NCBI GenBank assembly: GCA_039923455.1
Contig: JBDTCS010000135.1
Span: 13,492 to 77,491 of the forward strand
Reading direction: 5' to 3'
From: Candidatus Kapaibacterium sp.
GTDB taxonomy: Bacteria; Bacteroidota; Ignavibacteria; Palsa-1295
DNA: 64,000 bases
The translations under genes and the position numbers were made by a program. Positions 1 to 10,064 of this stretch are shown in pieces; the first letter of the stretch is position 1, and the number at the start of each line of letters is the position of its first letter. Under the pieces are notes generated by a model. The model saw nothing but the letters and a program-made list of their open reading frames with translations. It was not told the DNA's origin and made no database searches.

Positions 1-1
1 C

Positions 2-1123
2 GTGTTTGAAGCCTGGGCGGATTCTTTAGAGCGCTTGGGTATTCGAAAGATCGAGGGCTCGATAATCGGTGATGATTCGTACTTTACGGATGACCTCTAC
101 CCGGCCGGATGGGCGCTCGAGGATGAGCCGTACTATTATGCGATGCAGACTTCGGCGCTCTCGTTTGCAGAGAATCAAGTTAGTGTAAGCGTCACGCCCG
201 GAACGAGTGTTGGATCAAAAGCGAGATTTGAGCTAATCCCTTCGACGAGTTACTTAACGGTGGTCAATCACGCAACCACAAAAGCGGATTCCATTCGGAA
301 GCGACTGACGGGCGGCGGGGACACTCTTATCGCCGCTGGCACTAATACGATCGAGATCACACGCGCACTCGGTTCGCCGACGATCATTATCAAAGGGGAG
401 ATACCGCTCTCCGGCGCCGAAGCACACGAACAGCTATCGGTTGTGAATCCGGCGCGCTATGCTGCGACGATCTTTCGAGAGGTGCTCGAAGCGCGCGGTA
501 TTCAGATCATCGGACCAACAATGACGATCTCGGAGCTCAAGAAACCGTTTCCCTATTTGAAGGCTCGTGTCCTCGCACAATATATTAGTCCACCACTACC
601 GGATATCATCAGCGTGATGAACAAGCAATCGGACAACATGTTTGCCGAGCAGCTGTTTCGTACGGTAGCCAAGGAACAAGAAGGCGAGGGCAGTTGGACG
701 AAGGGGATCGAAGCTATGAAAAAATATCTCGCTTCAATCGGAATCGCACCCGATAGAGTCGCGATCTATGACGGCTCCGGGCTTTCGCGAATGGATCTTA
801 TCTCGCCGGTTCAACTCGTAACGGTGCTACGGGCAATGTACGATCGCCCGACGCTCTTCAAGTTGTTTTACCCATCACTCTCGATCGTCGGAGTGGATGG
901 CACCCTGGCCCGAAGACTGAAGGATACCCGCGCACAAGGGAACGTCCACGCCAAGACGGGATTCGTAACCGGTGTTCGTTCTATTAGCGGTTACTTGACA
1001 ACCCACGAGAATGAACTGCTTGCTTTTAGTATCATTGGCAATAATTTCACCACACCGGTCTCGCTTGCGAACAATCTGCAAGACTTGGTTTTACTACGGC
1101 TTGTGAACTTTTCCCGTAAGTAG
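2..1123 (+). CDS. dacB: D-alanyl-D-alanine carboxypeptidase/endopeptidase (PBP4, peptidase S13 family), 5'-truncated at window edge
   Basis: 373-aa ORF running off the 5' edge. The sequence resembles PBP4/DacB C-terminal regions (..GDDSYFTDD.., ..VVNPARYAA.., ..MNKQSDNMFAEQLFRTV..GSGLSRMDLISP..KTGFVTGVRSISGYL..). Assigned by family resemblance from memory. Confidence 0.65.
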   Translation: MFEAWADSLERLGIRKIEGSIIGDDSYFTDDLYPAGWALEDEPYYYAMQTSALSFAENQVSVSVTPGTSVGSKARFELIPSTSYLTVVNHATTKADSIRKRLTGGGDTLIAAGTNTIEITRALGSPTIIIKGEIPLSGAEAHEQLSVVNPARYAATIFREVLEARGIQIIGPTMTISELKKPFPYLKARVLAQYISPPLPDIISVMNKQSDNMFAEQLFRTVAKEQEGEGSWTKGIEAMKKYLASIGIAPDRVAIYDGSGLSRMDLISPVQLVTVLRAMYDRPTLFKLFYPSLSIVGVDGTLARRLKDTRAQGNVHAKTGFVTGVRSISGYLTTHENELLAFSIIGNNFTTPVSLANNLQDLVLLRLVNFSRK

Positions 1124-1226
1124 AGTTCTTTACAGTAGCTATGCCGATAGGAGTGTTTGCAGGAGTTTGTTTTGGGTGAACGAGGTTCTACGTGCGTTCG
1201 CTTATCACCACCGTTATACAGGTCGA

Positions 1227-2591
1227 ATGAAGAGAGCTTGCTTGTTTTGTTTGCTCATAGTCGTGTTTGCCGCCGGTCAGAATGTTCGAGCGCAATTGCC
1301 GCCCTGGACGCGCTTCACGCTTCCGAGCGGGCTCGAGGTGCTTGTAGTCGAGAATCACCTGACACCTATTGTCACGGTCGAGATCGCGGTGAGGAATGGC
1401 TCGTTCACCGAGCCGCCCGAATACAACGGGCTCTCGCATCTTTACGAGCACATGTTCTTCACGGCCAACGAGCGTGACACTACGGAAGATGAATTTCTCT
1501 CGCACGTCGATGATCTCGGAATTCTCTTTAATGGTGAAACGCAAGAGGAGAACGTCCAATATTATTTTACACTTCCCAAACAAAACTTGAGCGCCGGCCT
1601 GGAATTCATGGCTACCGCGATCACCTCGCCACTCTTTAAAGAAGAGGAATTGCACAAGCAGCGTGAGATTGTCCTTGGGGAGTTCGATAGGAGTGAGGCA
1701 CTTCCACTCTTTCAGTTTGGGCGCAAAGTGAACGCGGCACTTTGGGGTGATAACATCAGCCGAAAAGAAAAATTGGGGCAGCGTTCCACGATTAAGACCG
1801 CAACGCGTCAAAAAATGCTGACGATCCAGCACAAGTATTATGTACCAAATAATTCGCTGCTGATCATCGCAGGTGATGTCAAGACCGAGGATATTAAGCG
1901 CCTTGTGCCTATCTATTTCTCCGGATGGCAAAGAGGGGACGATCCATTCGCGAAAGATCCGCCACCAGTGATTCCTGAGTTGACGCAGACGACGATTGTC
2001 GCCGATACGGTGGAGCAGCCAACCGCTACCGTTATGGTTCGCTGGCACGGCCCTTCGATCGGAATTGACGACAAAGGTACCTACGCTGCCGACGTATTCA
2101 GTTATATCATTGGTCAAGCGGAACATGAGTTTACGAAAAAATTGCAGGAGAGCGGACTCGCGCTCGGTGTTAATTTCTGGTACTACACGCAGCGTTACGT
2201 CGGCCCGATTCAAGCCGATATCGTAACTACACCGGAAAAGCTCGAGCAAGTGATGCGAATCTTCTGGGAGCAGGTTGCGAAGTTTGATGATCCTAATTAT
2301 TTCACCGACGACGAACTGGAAACTTCTAAACATGCGCTGCGAACGCAGATTCTATACAAAAGCGAACAGCTTTCTATTTTTGCGCAGGATCTCGCATTCT
2401 GGTGGGCTTCGACAGGATTAGATTATTATGAGCACTACTTAGATAATCTCAGTAAAATTACCCGTGAGGATATCCGCAATTATGTCCACCGGTATATTCA
2501 GGGAAAGCATTATGTACTCGGAGTCGCGATGAGCAAAGAGGCGAGCAAAACAGTACCGCTCGACCGACTGCAACCCTCGCAAAAGCCGTAG
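1227..2591 (+). CDS. M16 (pitrilysin/insulinase) family zinc peptidase, catalytic subunit
   Basis: Signal peptide MKRACLFCLLIVVFAAGQNVRAQ. Inverted zinc-binding motif HxxEH is present as HLYEH. Length ~455 aa from the ATG at 1227; the ORF is open from 1167. Confidence 0.8.
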   Translation: MKRACLFCLLIVVFAAGQNVRAQLPPWTRFTLPSGLEVLVVENHLTPIVTVEIAVRNGSFTEPPEYNGLSHLYEHMFFTANERDTTEDEFLSHVDDLGILFNGETQEENVQYYFTLPKQNLSAGLEFMATAITSPLFKEEELHKQREIVLGEFDRSEALPLFQFGRKVNAALWGDNISRKEKLGQRSTIKTATRQKMLTIQHKYYVPNNSLLIIAGDVKTEDIKRLVPIYFSGWQRGDDPFAKDPPPVIPELTQTTIVADTVEQPTATVMVRWHGPSIGIDDKGTYAADVFSYIIGQAEHEFTKKLQESGLALGVNFWYYTQRYVGPIQADIVTTPEKLEQVMRIFWEQVAKFDDPNYFTDDELETSKHALRTQILYKSEQLSIFAQDLAFWWASTGLDYYEHYLDNLSKITREDIRNYVHRYIQGKHYVLGVAMSKEASKTVPLDRLQPSQKP

Positions 2592-2611
2592 TACTTCGTT
2601 AAAAAAAGCTT

Positions 2612-3991
2612 GTGATGTTTGTTCGTACGCCAATGCAAATGATTTTTTTGAGCCGACTGATTTCTAAGGCTTCGCTTGTGGTCTTGTTAGCAGGTATCGT
2701 CGCCGCGTGCGCAAGTGCTCCGAAGGTAACTTCGACTCGCATCATCGACGATGTGCAGGAATTTACTGTCGATGGAGTGCAGGTGCTACTTCGGGAGAGT
2801 CGAGCGACTCCAGTAATCAGCGCAGTGTTGTTCATCAAAGGTGGCTCGAGCCAGATCGATACATCGCTTCCGATTTCGACCGAGTATTTCGCGATGAGTA
2901 TTGCGGCCGGCAGTGGTACCCAGCGAACTTCGAAAGCCAACTACCGCAATGCACTTCTGCGAATGGGGACCTATATCACCGGCGAAGATGGTCGCGATTT
3001 TTCGTTACTAAGCTTGCGATGTGTGCGTGAAAACTTTGATAGTTCGTGGCAATATTTTTCGGATGTCATCACGCAGCCTGCCTTCGATCAAGTCGAGTTT
3101 GATAATATGAAGCACAATGTGCTCGTCGAACTCGGAGCTGCCAGAAACGATGCGGATCGTTACTCACGGATTGTTGCCGACTCGCTCTTTTTTGCAGGGC
3201 ATCCTTACGGTAGGCATTTAACTACGGAAGATGTCGAACGCATCACACTCGATCAAATCCGCACGCATTATCACTCGATCATGAAGAAGTCGCGACTCTT
3301 GCTGACGGTGGTGGGGAATATTTCGAGGGATGAGCTTACGAAGAAATTAGTAGCAAGTCCCGTAACCAATCTTTCCGAGGGAAGTTTTGTCGAGCAGACG
3401 CTTTCTGCTCCACCAAAATCCAGAACGCCGGGTGCGACGCTGATTCAATTCAGCCGTAAGCTTCCGACGAATTATGCGATCGCGTATTATTCCATCCCGA
3501 GCAAAGGCGACTCGGATTACTATGCGTATGTGAGGCTCAGAAATTTCTTTGGAGGTTTTGTCTATAATCACATTCGTGTACAACACAATCTGGCGTACGC
3601 TCCGAATGTCGATGATGCAGAGTTTCGGACCTCGAATGGCATCATCTCGTTTCAAACCGGATACGTGGATAGCGCTGTGAAGATCATCGACGAAGATGTT
3701 GCATTCTTCCAAGACAACCGTATTCGTGAGTCAGCGATCAAAGAAGGAGTTGGTCGATGGACAACGAGTAACTACGTAAAAGCGGAGACAGCGCAAAGTC
3801 AGGCGTTCTTACTTGGTCAATCGAAACTGTTGACGGGAGATTGGCGAAACGCATTTGTGAATTACGACAAGCTCGCGAGTGTGACCTCGGATCAATTGCA
3901 GCGAGCCGCCCAAAAATATTTGCGCAATTTTAATTGGGTCGTCGTGGGTGATACGACTGGTATTAGTCAGCAGTTATTGCAATCGAGATAA
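2612..3991 (+). CDS. M16 family peptidase-like protein, probable non-catalytic partner (lipoprotein)
   Basis: 459-aa ORF directly downstream of the catalytic M16 gene. Lipoprotein-like signal ..LLAGIVAAC; no HxxEH motif. Tandem M16 active/inactive pairs are an established arrangement. Confidence 0.65.
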   Translation: MMFVRTPMQMIFLSRLISKASLVVLLAGIVAACASAPKVTSTRIIDDVQEFTVDGVQVLLRESRATPVISAVLFIKGGSSQIDTSLPISTEYFAMSIAAGSGTQRTSKANYRNALLRMGTYITGEDGRDFSLLSLRCVRENFDSSWQYFSDVITQPAFDQVEFDNMKHNVLVELGAARNDADRYSRIVADSLFFAGHPYGRHLTTEDVERITLDQIRTHYHSIMKKSRLLLTVVGNISRDELTKKLVASPVTNLSEGSFVEQTLSAPPKSRTPGATLIQFSRKLPTNYAIAYYSIPSKGDSDYYAYVRLRNFFGGFVYNHIRVQHNLAYAPNVDDAEFRTSNGIISFQTGYVDSAVKIIDEDVAFFQDNRIRESAIKEGVGRWTTSNYVKAETAQSQAFLLGQSKLLTGDWRNAFVNYDKLASVTSDQLQRAAQKYLRNFNWVVVGDTTGISQQLLQSR

Positions 3992-4022
3992 CGCCACTCG
4001 CGCTTAAAACAGCACGTACCTG

Positions 4023-4054
4023 CTCGGAGGATTTATTTCTTCCGAGCTTTTTTT
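4023..4054 (+). terminator. Rho-independent terminator of the M16 pair; hairpin overlaps the stop region of the convergent minus-strand gene
   Basis: 9-bp stem ctcggagga/tcttccgag (one G-U) with a 6-nt loop, followed by a T-run at 4048-4054. Confidence 0.55.
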
Positions 4055-5073
4055 GTTGGAGCCGCAAGGACGATCTCCTTGTGCTTGGCTGCCGATTGAT
4101 AAATTGCCTCCACTACCTGCATCCGACGTGCAGACTCCTCGCCCGAAGAGATCAGAGGCACGAGATCCTTCACCGCATTTATGAAGTGGCGTAATTCATT
4201 CTCGTATGACTTCTTGTAGAGGCTAAGCGGTGTTTGCGTTTTGACCGGTGTGAGATTCACCAGACTTCCGTGCACGCGTTTGAACACGCGCAACGGATTG
4301 ATGAACGCGCTGCCATCGGCACCAAAAACATTGCAATAGAAAAAGTCTCCTTCGCGATGGAACGTCCAACTCACTTCGATCGTAAGTGTCACGTCGTTTT
4401 CAAGACGAGCGAAAACCGCGGCTGAATCTTCTACGGTCTTCGTCTGCTGATTGTAGGCAGAAGCACTGACCGATAACACAGCCGGATAGTTCAGCAACCA
4501 GAGCGCCATATCGAGCATTACGATACCCATGTCCAAGAATACGCCGCCGCCCGACTTTTCTTTTTGTTGATGCCATGCCGCAAGGCTCGATTGTTGTTTG
4601 AGCCAGCCGGACTTGATGTAAAAAATCTTACCGAGTTCTTCTTTCTCGATAAAGGTCTTTAGGATCATCGTGTCAGGTCGGAATCGATTGTTCATTCCGA
4701 CCATCAGCTTGCGGCCATATTTCGCTGCCGCATCGACCATCTCCTTGGCTTCTTTGTACGTACGGGCGATCGGCTTTTCTACCAAGACGTCTTTGCCCGC
4801 TGCGAGCGCTGCGAGCGCGATCGGCTTATGCGCGTCAGTCGAAGAACAAATATCGATTGCTTGAATATCCGAGGCGATACTCGAAGCGAGCAGTTGTTCG
4901 ATGTCGGTAAAGTAATTCGGAATTCCGGCACGAGCCGCAACTGCTTGCACTTTACGTTTATCCGGATCGACTACTGCGACGATCTCGACATCGGGCATCC
5001 GCTGCAAAATGGGTAGATGCACTACTTGTCCGACGTTTCCGCAACCAACTAAGGCGACTTTGATTTTATCCAT
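4033..5073 (-). CDS. Gfo/Idh/MocA family NAD(P)-dependent oxidoreductase
   Basis: N-terminal Rossmann motif MDKIKVALVGCGNVGQ; 346 aa; overall resemblance to Gfo/Idh/MocA dehydrogenases. Confidence 0.75.
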   Translation of the reverse strand: MDKIKVALVGCGNVGQVVHLPILQRMPDVEIVAVVDPDKRKVQAVAARAGIPNYFTDIEQLLASSIASDIQAIDICSSTDAHKPIALAALAAGKDVLVEKPIARTYKEAKEMVDAAAKYGRKLMVGMNNRFRPDTMILKTFIEKEELGKIFYIKSGWLKQQSSLAAWHQQKEKSGGGVFLDMGIVMLDMALWLLNYPAVLSVSASAYNQQTKTVEDSAAVFARLENDVTLTIEVSWTFHREGDFFYCNVFGADGSAFINPLRVFKRVHGSLVNLTPVKTQTPLSLYKKSYENELRHFINAVKDLVPLISSGEESARRMQVVEAIYQSAAKHKEIVLAAPTKKARKK

Positions 5074-5226
5074 GTTGCAAAAATACTATTCAAAAAAGCT
5101 CTATCGGTGCAAATTAGGCAGTTTTCTTTTTCCTGCCATTTTTTCCTCGCCAATTATTGCAACACTTTTGGAAATTTTGGGTTAATAACTTTGCGTAAAT
5201 TTCGCCAATCCAACAAGGTCACGTCT

Positions 5227-6060
5227 ATGAAAAAAGTGTTAAGCGTTCTTGCAGGGCTCATTCTGTTGCCATCGATCGGATTCGGGCAGATGACAACGGT
5301 GGTAACCCCTATCGTGAAGGGATCGTCGGTCGATCGTGCTTCAAAGGTTGGAATGCACTTCCAGATTCAGACGGGCTCGACGAAATTGCCGTTTGTGCTC
5401 TCGGTTGGTGATACCTCTCTGAATCTCATGGCGGGTGATATTACGCAGATCGACGGCACGCTTCAGAATTTGTCAGACAGCATTTTGACCATCACGTGTA
5501 CGCGCACGCAAGTGCTTCCGGATAATTGGTCAACGAGCATTTGCTTTGGGACGGTTTGCCAGCCACCAATGGTAAGCGTCGCCAAATCCGTTTTTCAGCC
5601 ACACGAGAAAGACATCTTCTCTTTTCACGTAAACACGGATGAGTCTACTCCCATGGGGACACTCACAGCACGCTTGACGATCAGCGCTTCGACCGACAAT
5701 CCGGCCGATACATCGAGCATTGTGGTTACCGCCACTTCCCATACCGCGGGAGTTGCGACTCAGCAGGCCAAAAGTTTGGTTTTGAATACTGCCGAGATTA
5801 CAAGCATTTTTCCAAGTCCGCTCACATCTGGAGAGAGTTTAAATCTTCAAGTTTCGAGCCCAAATTCCGGAATCGCTTCGTTCTCAATCTATGACGCACT
5901 TGGACGCAGGCTCTCCGTAGCGCTTCCTAATCAGCAGATTTCGCGTGGGTTGACTAACTTGACCCTTCCGTCTCTGGAACTCCCTACGGGCAGTTATATG
6001 CTTCGTATGGAGCTTAATGGGTCCGCACTACAAGGCCGTATGTTCCAGCTGGTCCATTAA
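5227..6060 (+). CDS. Secreted hypothetical protein with T9SS type-A C-terminal sorting domain
   Basis: Signal peptide MKKVLSVLAGLILLPSIGFGQ. C-terminal ~80 aa match the T9SS CTD pattern (..IFPSPLTSGESLNLQ..SIYDALGRRL..LPTGSYMLRMELNG..). The ATG at 5227 was chosen over the upstream in-frame 5107. Confidence 0.6.
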   Translation: MKKVLSVLAGLILLPSIGFGQMTTVVTPIVKGSSVDRASKVGMHFQIQTGSTKLPFVLSVGDTSLNLMAGDITQIDGTLQNLSDSILTITCTRTQVLPDNWSTSICFGTVCQPPMVSVAKSVFQPHEKDIFSFHVNTDESTPMGTLTARLTISASTDNPADTSSIVVTATSHTAGVATQQAKSLVLNTAEITSIFPSPLTSGESLNLQVSSPNSGIASFSIYDALGRRLSVALPNQQISRGLTNLTLPSLELPTGSYMLRMELNGSALQGRMFQLVH

Positions 6061-6440
6061 TGGACATCAGCGGCAAGTAGCCAATATTAGCTGTTCTTGA
6101 CGATTTCGATTGTGAACAAGCGCTGGAATAGGGCGCTTGTTCTGTTTCAAATACAGGTTGAAACGAAGGTCTTTTCCACGACTTATCCCACTTTTTTCTT
6201 CATCCAAGAAAGCTCTTTACTTGGCGAGCAGAGGAGCATTAACTGGACGTTAACTCAAGAATTGCCCAAAATGCGGGTTAAGAGGCAGTTGCTATAAGAT
6301 ATCACCACGGATATCCACTACATATCAGCACCGGCGTTACTAATTAGGCAATCGTCCACAAATCTATCAACGGGCATGTACATAACGTTTGCAAAGCCGT
6401 TCTAAGGCAGAAATGATGGGGTCGCGCTCTGTTTATAACT

Positions 6441-6468
6441 AAAAATCCCCTTGAATTACAAGGGGATT
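6441..6468 (-). terminator. Intrinsic terminator for the minus-strand lipoprotein/TonB-receptor operon
   Basis: 10-bp inverted repeat aatccccttg/caaggggatt with a 5-nt loop. On the minus strand it is followed by TTTTT (plus-strand aaaaa at 6441-6445). Confidence 0.55.
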
Positions 6469-6534
6469 CTATTACGGCCGTGTTTCGAAATCCATCAACT
6501 CGTTGCGAGAGTAAGGTATGCTGATGGCAAAATG

Positions 6535-7389
6535 TTACTTTGGTGGTTTCACATAGACGGTCATCGTATCACGCGAAGCGCTGCCCCATACTCCGATTCC
6601 ACCGTTCATGTGGTTCAGAGATGGTTGATATGATGCACGTGCACCTCCGAATGCATTCATTCGTCTTTCATCGGCCCAATTCGAATCGAGTGCGAGGAAG
6701 CTCACCTTGTTGGCACCGAACCACGCGACGAGTCTGGGGTCGACTGGAATATTTGGTGCTGTATAAAGCTGTGAGTAACGCGCATATACTGTGCTGCTAT
6801 CAACAGGCGCTCCCGTAGCTGGAGGATGAACACGGCCTTGCGTCGTATCGAGGGCGGCGATCTCGAGTGCATAGCGTCTCGATGATTCATCTTGCGGACC
6901 AGCGGTCATATACACAACGAAGCTCCGAAGATTATTCGTATCATACACAACGGTCGCACCTCGAATGCTATCGGTGAATCCGGTAAAATGAATTCGTTGT
7001 GGCACACGCGTCGAAGCAGTTAGTAGATGCTCGTGATATCGAACAGTCAATCCGTAAGTCTTTCCGCTTTCGACGATCAGTGTCGACGCAGGCAAATAGT
7101 ATCTGCCTTTACGGGCGCCGCGCAAGAGCGTGTCTTGCTTGCCGTCAACGGTCACGATCACGATCGCGCTATCAATTGCACTCGCGAGATCATCCAGATA
7201 CACGCCGAAGGGTGTTGTCCGGTGCACGATGACAGAATCAATCGGTGCATCGGCGAAGAGATATCCCGTGACTACAAGCTGCTCTTTATATTCGGAGTCG
7301 ATCGGACTATCACACCCCGCCAAGAATCCACTCGTAACTACAAGCAAGCACAACAATCCGATCGGTAATTTCTTAAACATACACTTCAT
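6535..7389 (-). CDS. Lipoprotein, DUF4249-like, partner of the upstream TonB-dependent receptor
   Basis: Lipobox ..SGFLAGC. 284 aa, and only 2 bp downstream of the TonB-dependent receptor gene in the same operon. This is the usual position and size of DUF4249 partners of CarboxypepD_reg-type receptors; the family call rests on context and size. Confidence 0.45.
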   Translation of the reverse strand: MKCMFKKLPIGLLCLLVVTSGFLAGCDSPIDSEYKEQLVVTGYLFADAPIDSVIVHRTTPFGVYLDDLASAIDSAIVIVTVDGKQDTLLRGARKGRYYLPASTLIVESGKTYGLTVRYHEHLLTASTRVPQRIHFTGFTDSIRGATVVYDTNNLRSFVVYMTAGPQDESSRRYALEIAALDTTQGRVHPPATGAPVDSSTVYARYSQLYTAPNIPVDPRLVAWFGANKVSFLALDSNWADERRMNAFGGARASYQPSLNHMNGGIGVWGSASRDTMTVYVKPPK

Positions 7390-7391
7390 TC

Positions 7392-9716
7392 TTAAAATGT
7401 GAATTGTAAACCGATCGTGGGAAGAATTGGCAATAGCTTGACATCGCTGATCGTCGCAGGATTTGTAGACGCATCGACTTGCCGAATCCAGGTATTGCGG
7501 TGATTATACAAATTGTAGAAATCAAAATCCAACGTGGCATTCCTACTATCCGAGAACAAACTGAAGGAATAGGTTGCGGAAAAATCCATTCTGTTATAGG
7601 GTGGAAGCCTGAGTGCATTCCGTTGACCTTGCACGGTCATAATGCCGTGTTGACGATCAGGCTCCTCAATTCCGTACTCAGAGACGATCTGCGAATATGG
7701 CTGCCCCGAACCGTAGGTGAAGTTCGCACCCAAAGTCCAGCGATCATTTACTTTATAGGTGAGTGTCAGGTTCACATCGTTACGTCTGTCGTAGCTCGGA
7801 TAGAATTCCGCACCGTCGTTGATATCGGCAAATGTTCTGCGCGTCCAAGAAAGTGTATATCCGAACCAACCTACAAAATCGCCGATCTGCTTTTGCAGAA
7901 AGAATTCAATCCCGTATGCACGGCCGCTTCCGACAAAAAATATGTCGTGCAAATTGTTTGCCGCAACAATGTTCGGACGTATTTCAACGAGATTAGTCAG
8001 GTCTTTGTAGTACGCCTCGACATCGAAGGTGTAGCCGTCGAACGGGATTGTTGAAACACCAAGAATATATTGTATCGCGCGTGTAGCTTCCTGCGTCGAA
8101 TCGACCGGAAGCCAAATATCAAAGAAGGAGAGCGTTGGGTTTGTCGCGAGTTTAAGATACTGATGATACACGCCGACGCTTGCCTTCACGGTTACGTCGC
8201 CATTGATCATGTAGCGTGCACTGATGCGGGGATCGAAGTTAATGACCGACTTCGCACTGATCGCATCTGCACGTACACCGGCAGTCACCGTCGCACGTTC
8301 ATTGATCTTCCATTCATCCTGAATATACGCCGCACCATAAAATGGCTTAAGTAGCAGATCAGCATTCGGAGGGTTATTTCCTGCCGCGATCTTTAATTGG
8401 AATTGATACGCCGAAGCCTGAAACCCGACCTTGATCTGATGCTCCTCCTCCAAGAAGTATTCGAGACTTCCATAAAAAGAAAAATCACGGATCTCATTAT
8501 TCCACGTAAAACTATTCGCTCCCGAACCTGCAAGCAACGTAGAATAATAACGGCTTCCGGTGAATAGAAATTTTGTAAAGAGGTCACTTGCGAGCACGTG
8601 CGTCCAAACGATGGAACCCGCCTCATTGCCCCAGTTGATTCCGAGATCTGAGGCATCCTTGTCGCTTGTGTAGGTCAGATCGTCCGAGCCACCATATCCG
8701 CTAAGTGCGATTTTGTCATTTGGCCCGAGTGTCTGCGTAAACTTTCCGTTGAGATCAAAGAAATGATAATCGGGAATGTTAAGCGATTGCGCAAGCCCGG
8801 TAGCTTTCAGGAGAACGTCGATGTAGGTGCGCCGACCGGATAGCGATAGTGCTCCATCGCCGATTGGAGTTTCGATCGTCGCTCTACTTGAGATGAGTCC
8901 GAGCGAGACTTTGCCATTCGTTCGATTCAGATCGCCGTCTTTGTTCGTAACGGAAAGCACAGCCGATGCTCTTCCACCGTACTCGACAGGAAACCCACCC
9001 TTGATGAGTTCAACGTTTTTAATGGCATCACTATTGAACGTCGAGAAGAATCCGAAGAAGTGCGAGGGATTGTATAGCACTGCGCCGTCGAGCAAGACAA
9101 GGTTCTGATCAGGTGAGCCACCTCGAATGTACAGGCCGCTCGATATTTCGCTTGCCGTTAAAACTCCCGGCAGCATTTGCAGCAATCGAAACAGATCAGC
9201 CTCGCCGGCTTTTGGCATTGCCTGCAGTTGGGCGGGTTGAATATCAACGCGAGAGATCTGTTGCTCCTGATGCTCGACATCTTTATCAGCCTCAACCGTT
9301 ATTTCTTTTCCTACGACATTTTTTTGGGATAGCGCAAATGTTTCTCTGCGTTGCTCACCGCTCTTAAGGCGAATGGGATACGCGCCGGACTTATAGCCAA
9401 GGTATGTGATCTCGACGATAAGATCTTGATTTGACGGTAGATGGATCGCAAAATATCCGCTCTTATTAGTTATCGCTCCACGCTTCAGACTTCGAACCTG
9501 AACGGTGGCACCTATTAGCGTTTCCCCCGAGAGCGAATCCTTGACATAACCCGCGATCACCGCATCGGCAGAATCGGGCGCTTCGATAACGTTCGAAGGT
9601 TGGGCCAGACGGAGTGATCTGGCTGCGGTACCGAACGCAAAAACTTGGGTGAATGAAAAAATTGCAAGAGCTGATAGAGCTACCCGAAGGTGTCGGCTTC
9701 GAGATAAGATTTTCAT
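7392..9716 (-). CDS. TonB-dependent outer-membrane receptor with N-terminal carboxypeptidase-regulatory-like domain
   Basis: Signal peptide; CarboxypepD_reg-like segment (GYVKDSLSGETLIGATVQV..SGYFAIHLP); plug domain (..LQMLPGV..IRGG..LLDGAVLY..); long beta-rich barrel ending in ..GLQFTF (C-terminal aromatic). Confidence 0.8.
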   Translation of the reverse strand: MKILSRSRHLRVALSALAIFSFTQVFAFGTAARSLRLAQPSNVIEAPDSADAVIAGYVKDSLSGETLIGATVQVRSLKRGAITNKSGYFAIHLPSNQDLIVEITYLGYKSGAYPIRLKSGEQRRETFALSQKNVVGKEITVEADKDVEHQEQQISRVDIQPAQLQAMPKAGEADLFRLLQMLPGVLTASEISSGLYIRGGSPDQNLVLLDGAVLYNPSHFFGFFSTFNSDAIKNVELIKGGFPVEYGGRASAVLSVTNKDGDLNRTNGKVSLGLISSRATIETPIGDGALSLSGRRTYIDVLLKATGLAQSLNIPDYHFFDLNGKFTQTLGPNDKIALSGYGGSDDLTYTSDKDASDLGINWGNEAGSIVWTHVLASDLFTKFLFTGSRYYSTLLAGSGANSFTWNNEIRDFSFYGSLEYFLEEEHQIKVGFQASAYQFQLKIAAGNNPPNADLLLKPFYGAAYIQDEWKINERATVTAGVRADAISAKSVINFDPRISARYMINGDVTVKASVGVYHQYLKLATNPTLSFFDIWLPVDSTQEATRAIQYILGVSTIPFDGYTFDVEAYYKDLTNLVEIRPNIVAANNLHDIFFVGSGRAYGIEFFLQKQIGDFVGWFGYTLSWTRRTFADINDGAEFYPSYDRRNDVNLTLTYKVNDRWTLGANFTYGSGQPYSQIVSEYGIEEPDRQHGIMTVQGQRNALRLPPYNRMDFSATYSFSLFSDSRNATLDFDFYNLYNHRNTWIRQVDASTNPATISDVKLLPILPTIGLQFTF

Positions 9717-10064
9717 GTAAGAATAATATTACGAATGCTGGAATAATAGCTGCAAATTCAGAGAAATCAATAATCGTGCGTTCTAAACGCTTACCGTTCG
9801 ACTTTGAGTACGGATGATGTCGTAATAAATTGTTTAAGCCAGATTATTGGACTTTATCGCGTCCCGGTGGCCAAAGCTTTTCCACAGCAGGATCATTAGA
9901 TGGGGTTTATTCGATCCGTGGCTCGAGTTTGGTGAAATTTCAGGTCACATTGCCTTCGAATACGGCACAGAAATACCTTTGTTTCGTACACCTCGGGTCA
10001 AAAACTAGATTCCGTTCACGCCGACAAGGCCACACATTTGTCGTAAGTTTGCGGCCAGACTCTT

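Noticed and set aside
1188-2333. 381-aa antisense ORF inside the M16 peptidase gene; similar long antisense ORFs at 19868-20500, 20756-21595, 21980-22495, 23441-24076, 40109-40834, 47095-47607, 50844-51692 and 58641-59618
   Set aside because: Each overlaps a confidently assigned gene on the opposite strand. They have no recognisable motifs or signal sequences and are typical shadow ORFs of GC3-biased coding regions.
9717-10064. Cobalamin or other riboswitch in the leader of the TonB-dependent receptor
   Set aside because: No B12-box (cagtggc-like core) or other recognisable riboswitch consensus on the minus strand; not supportable without a covariance-model scan.
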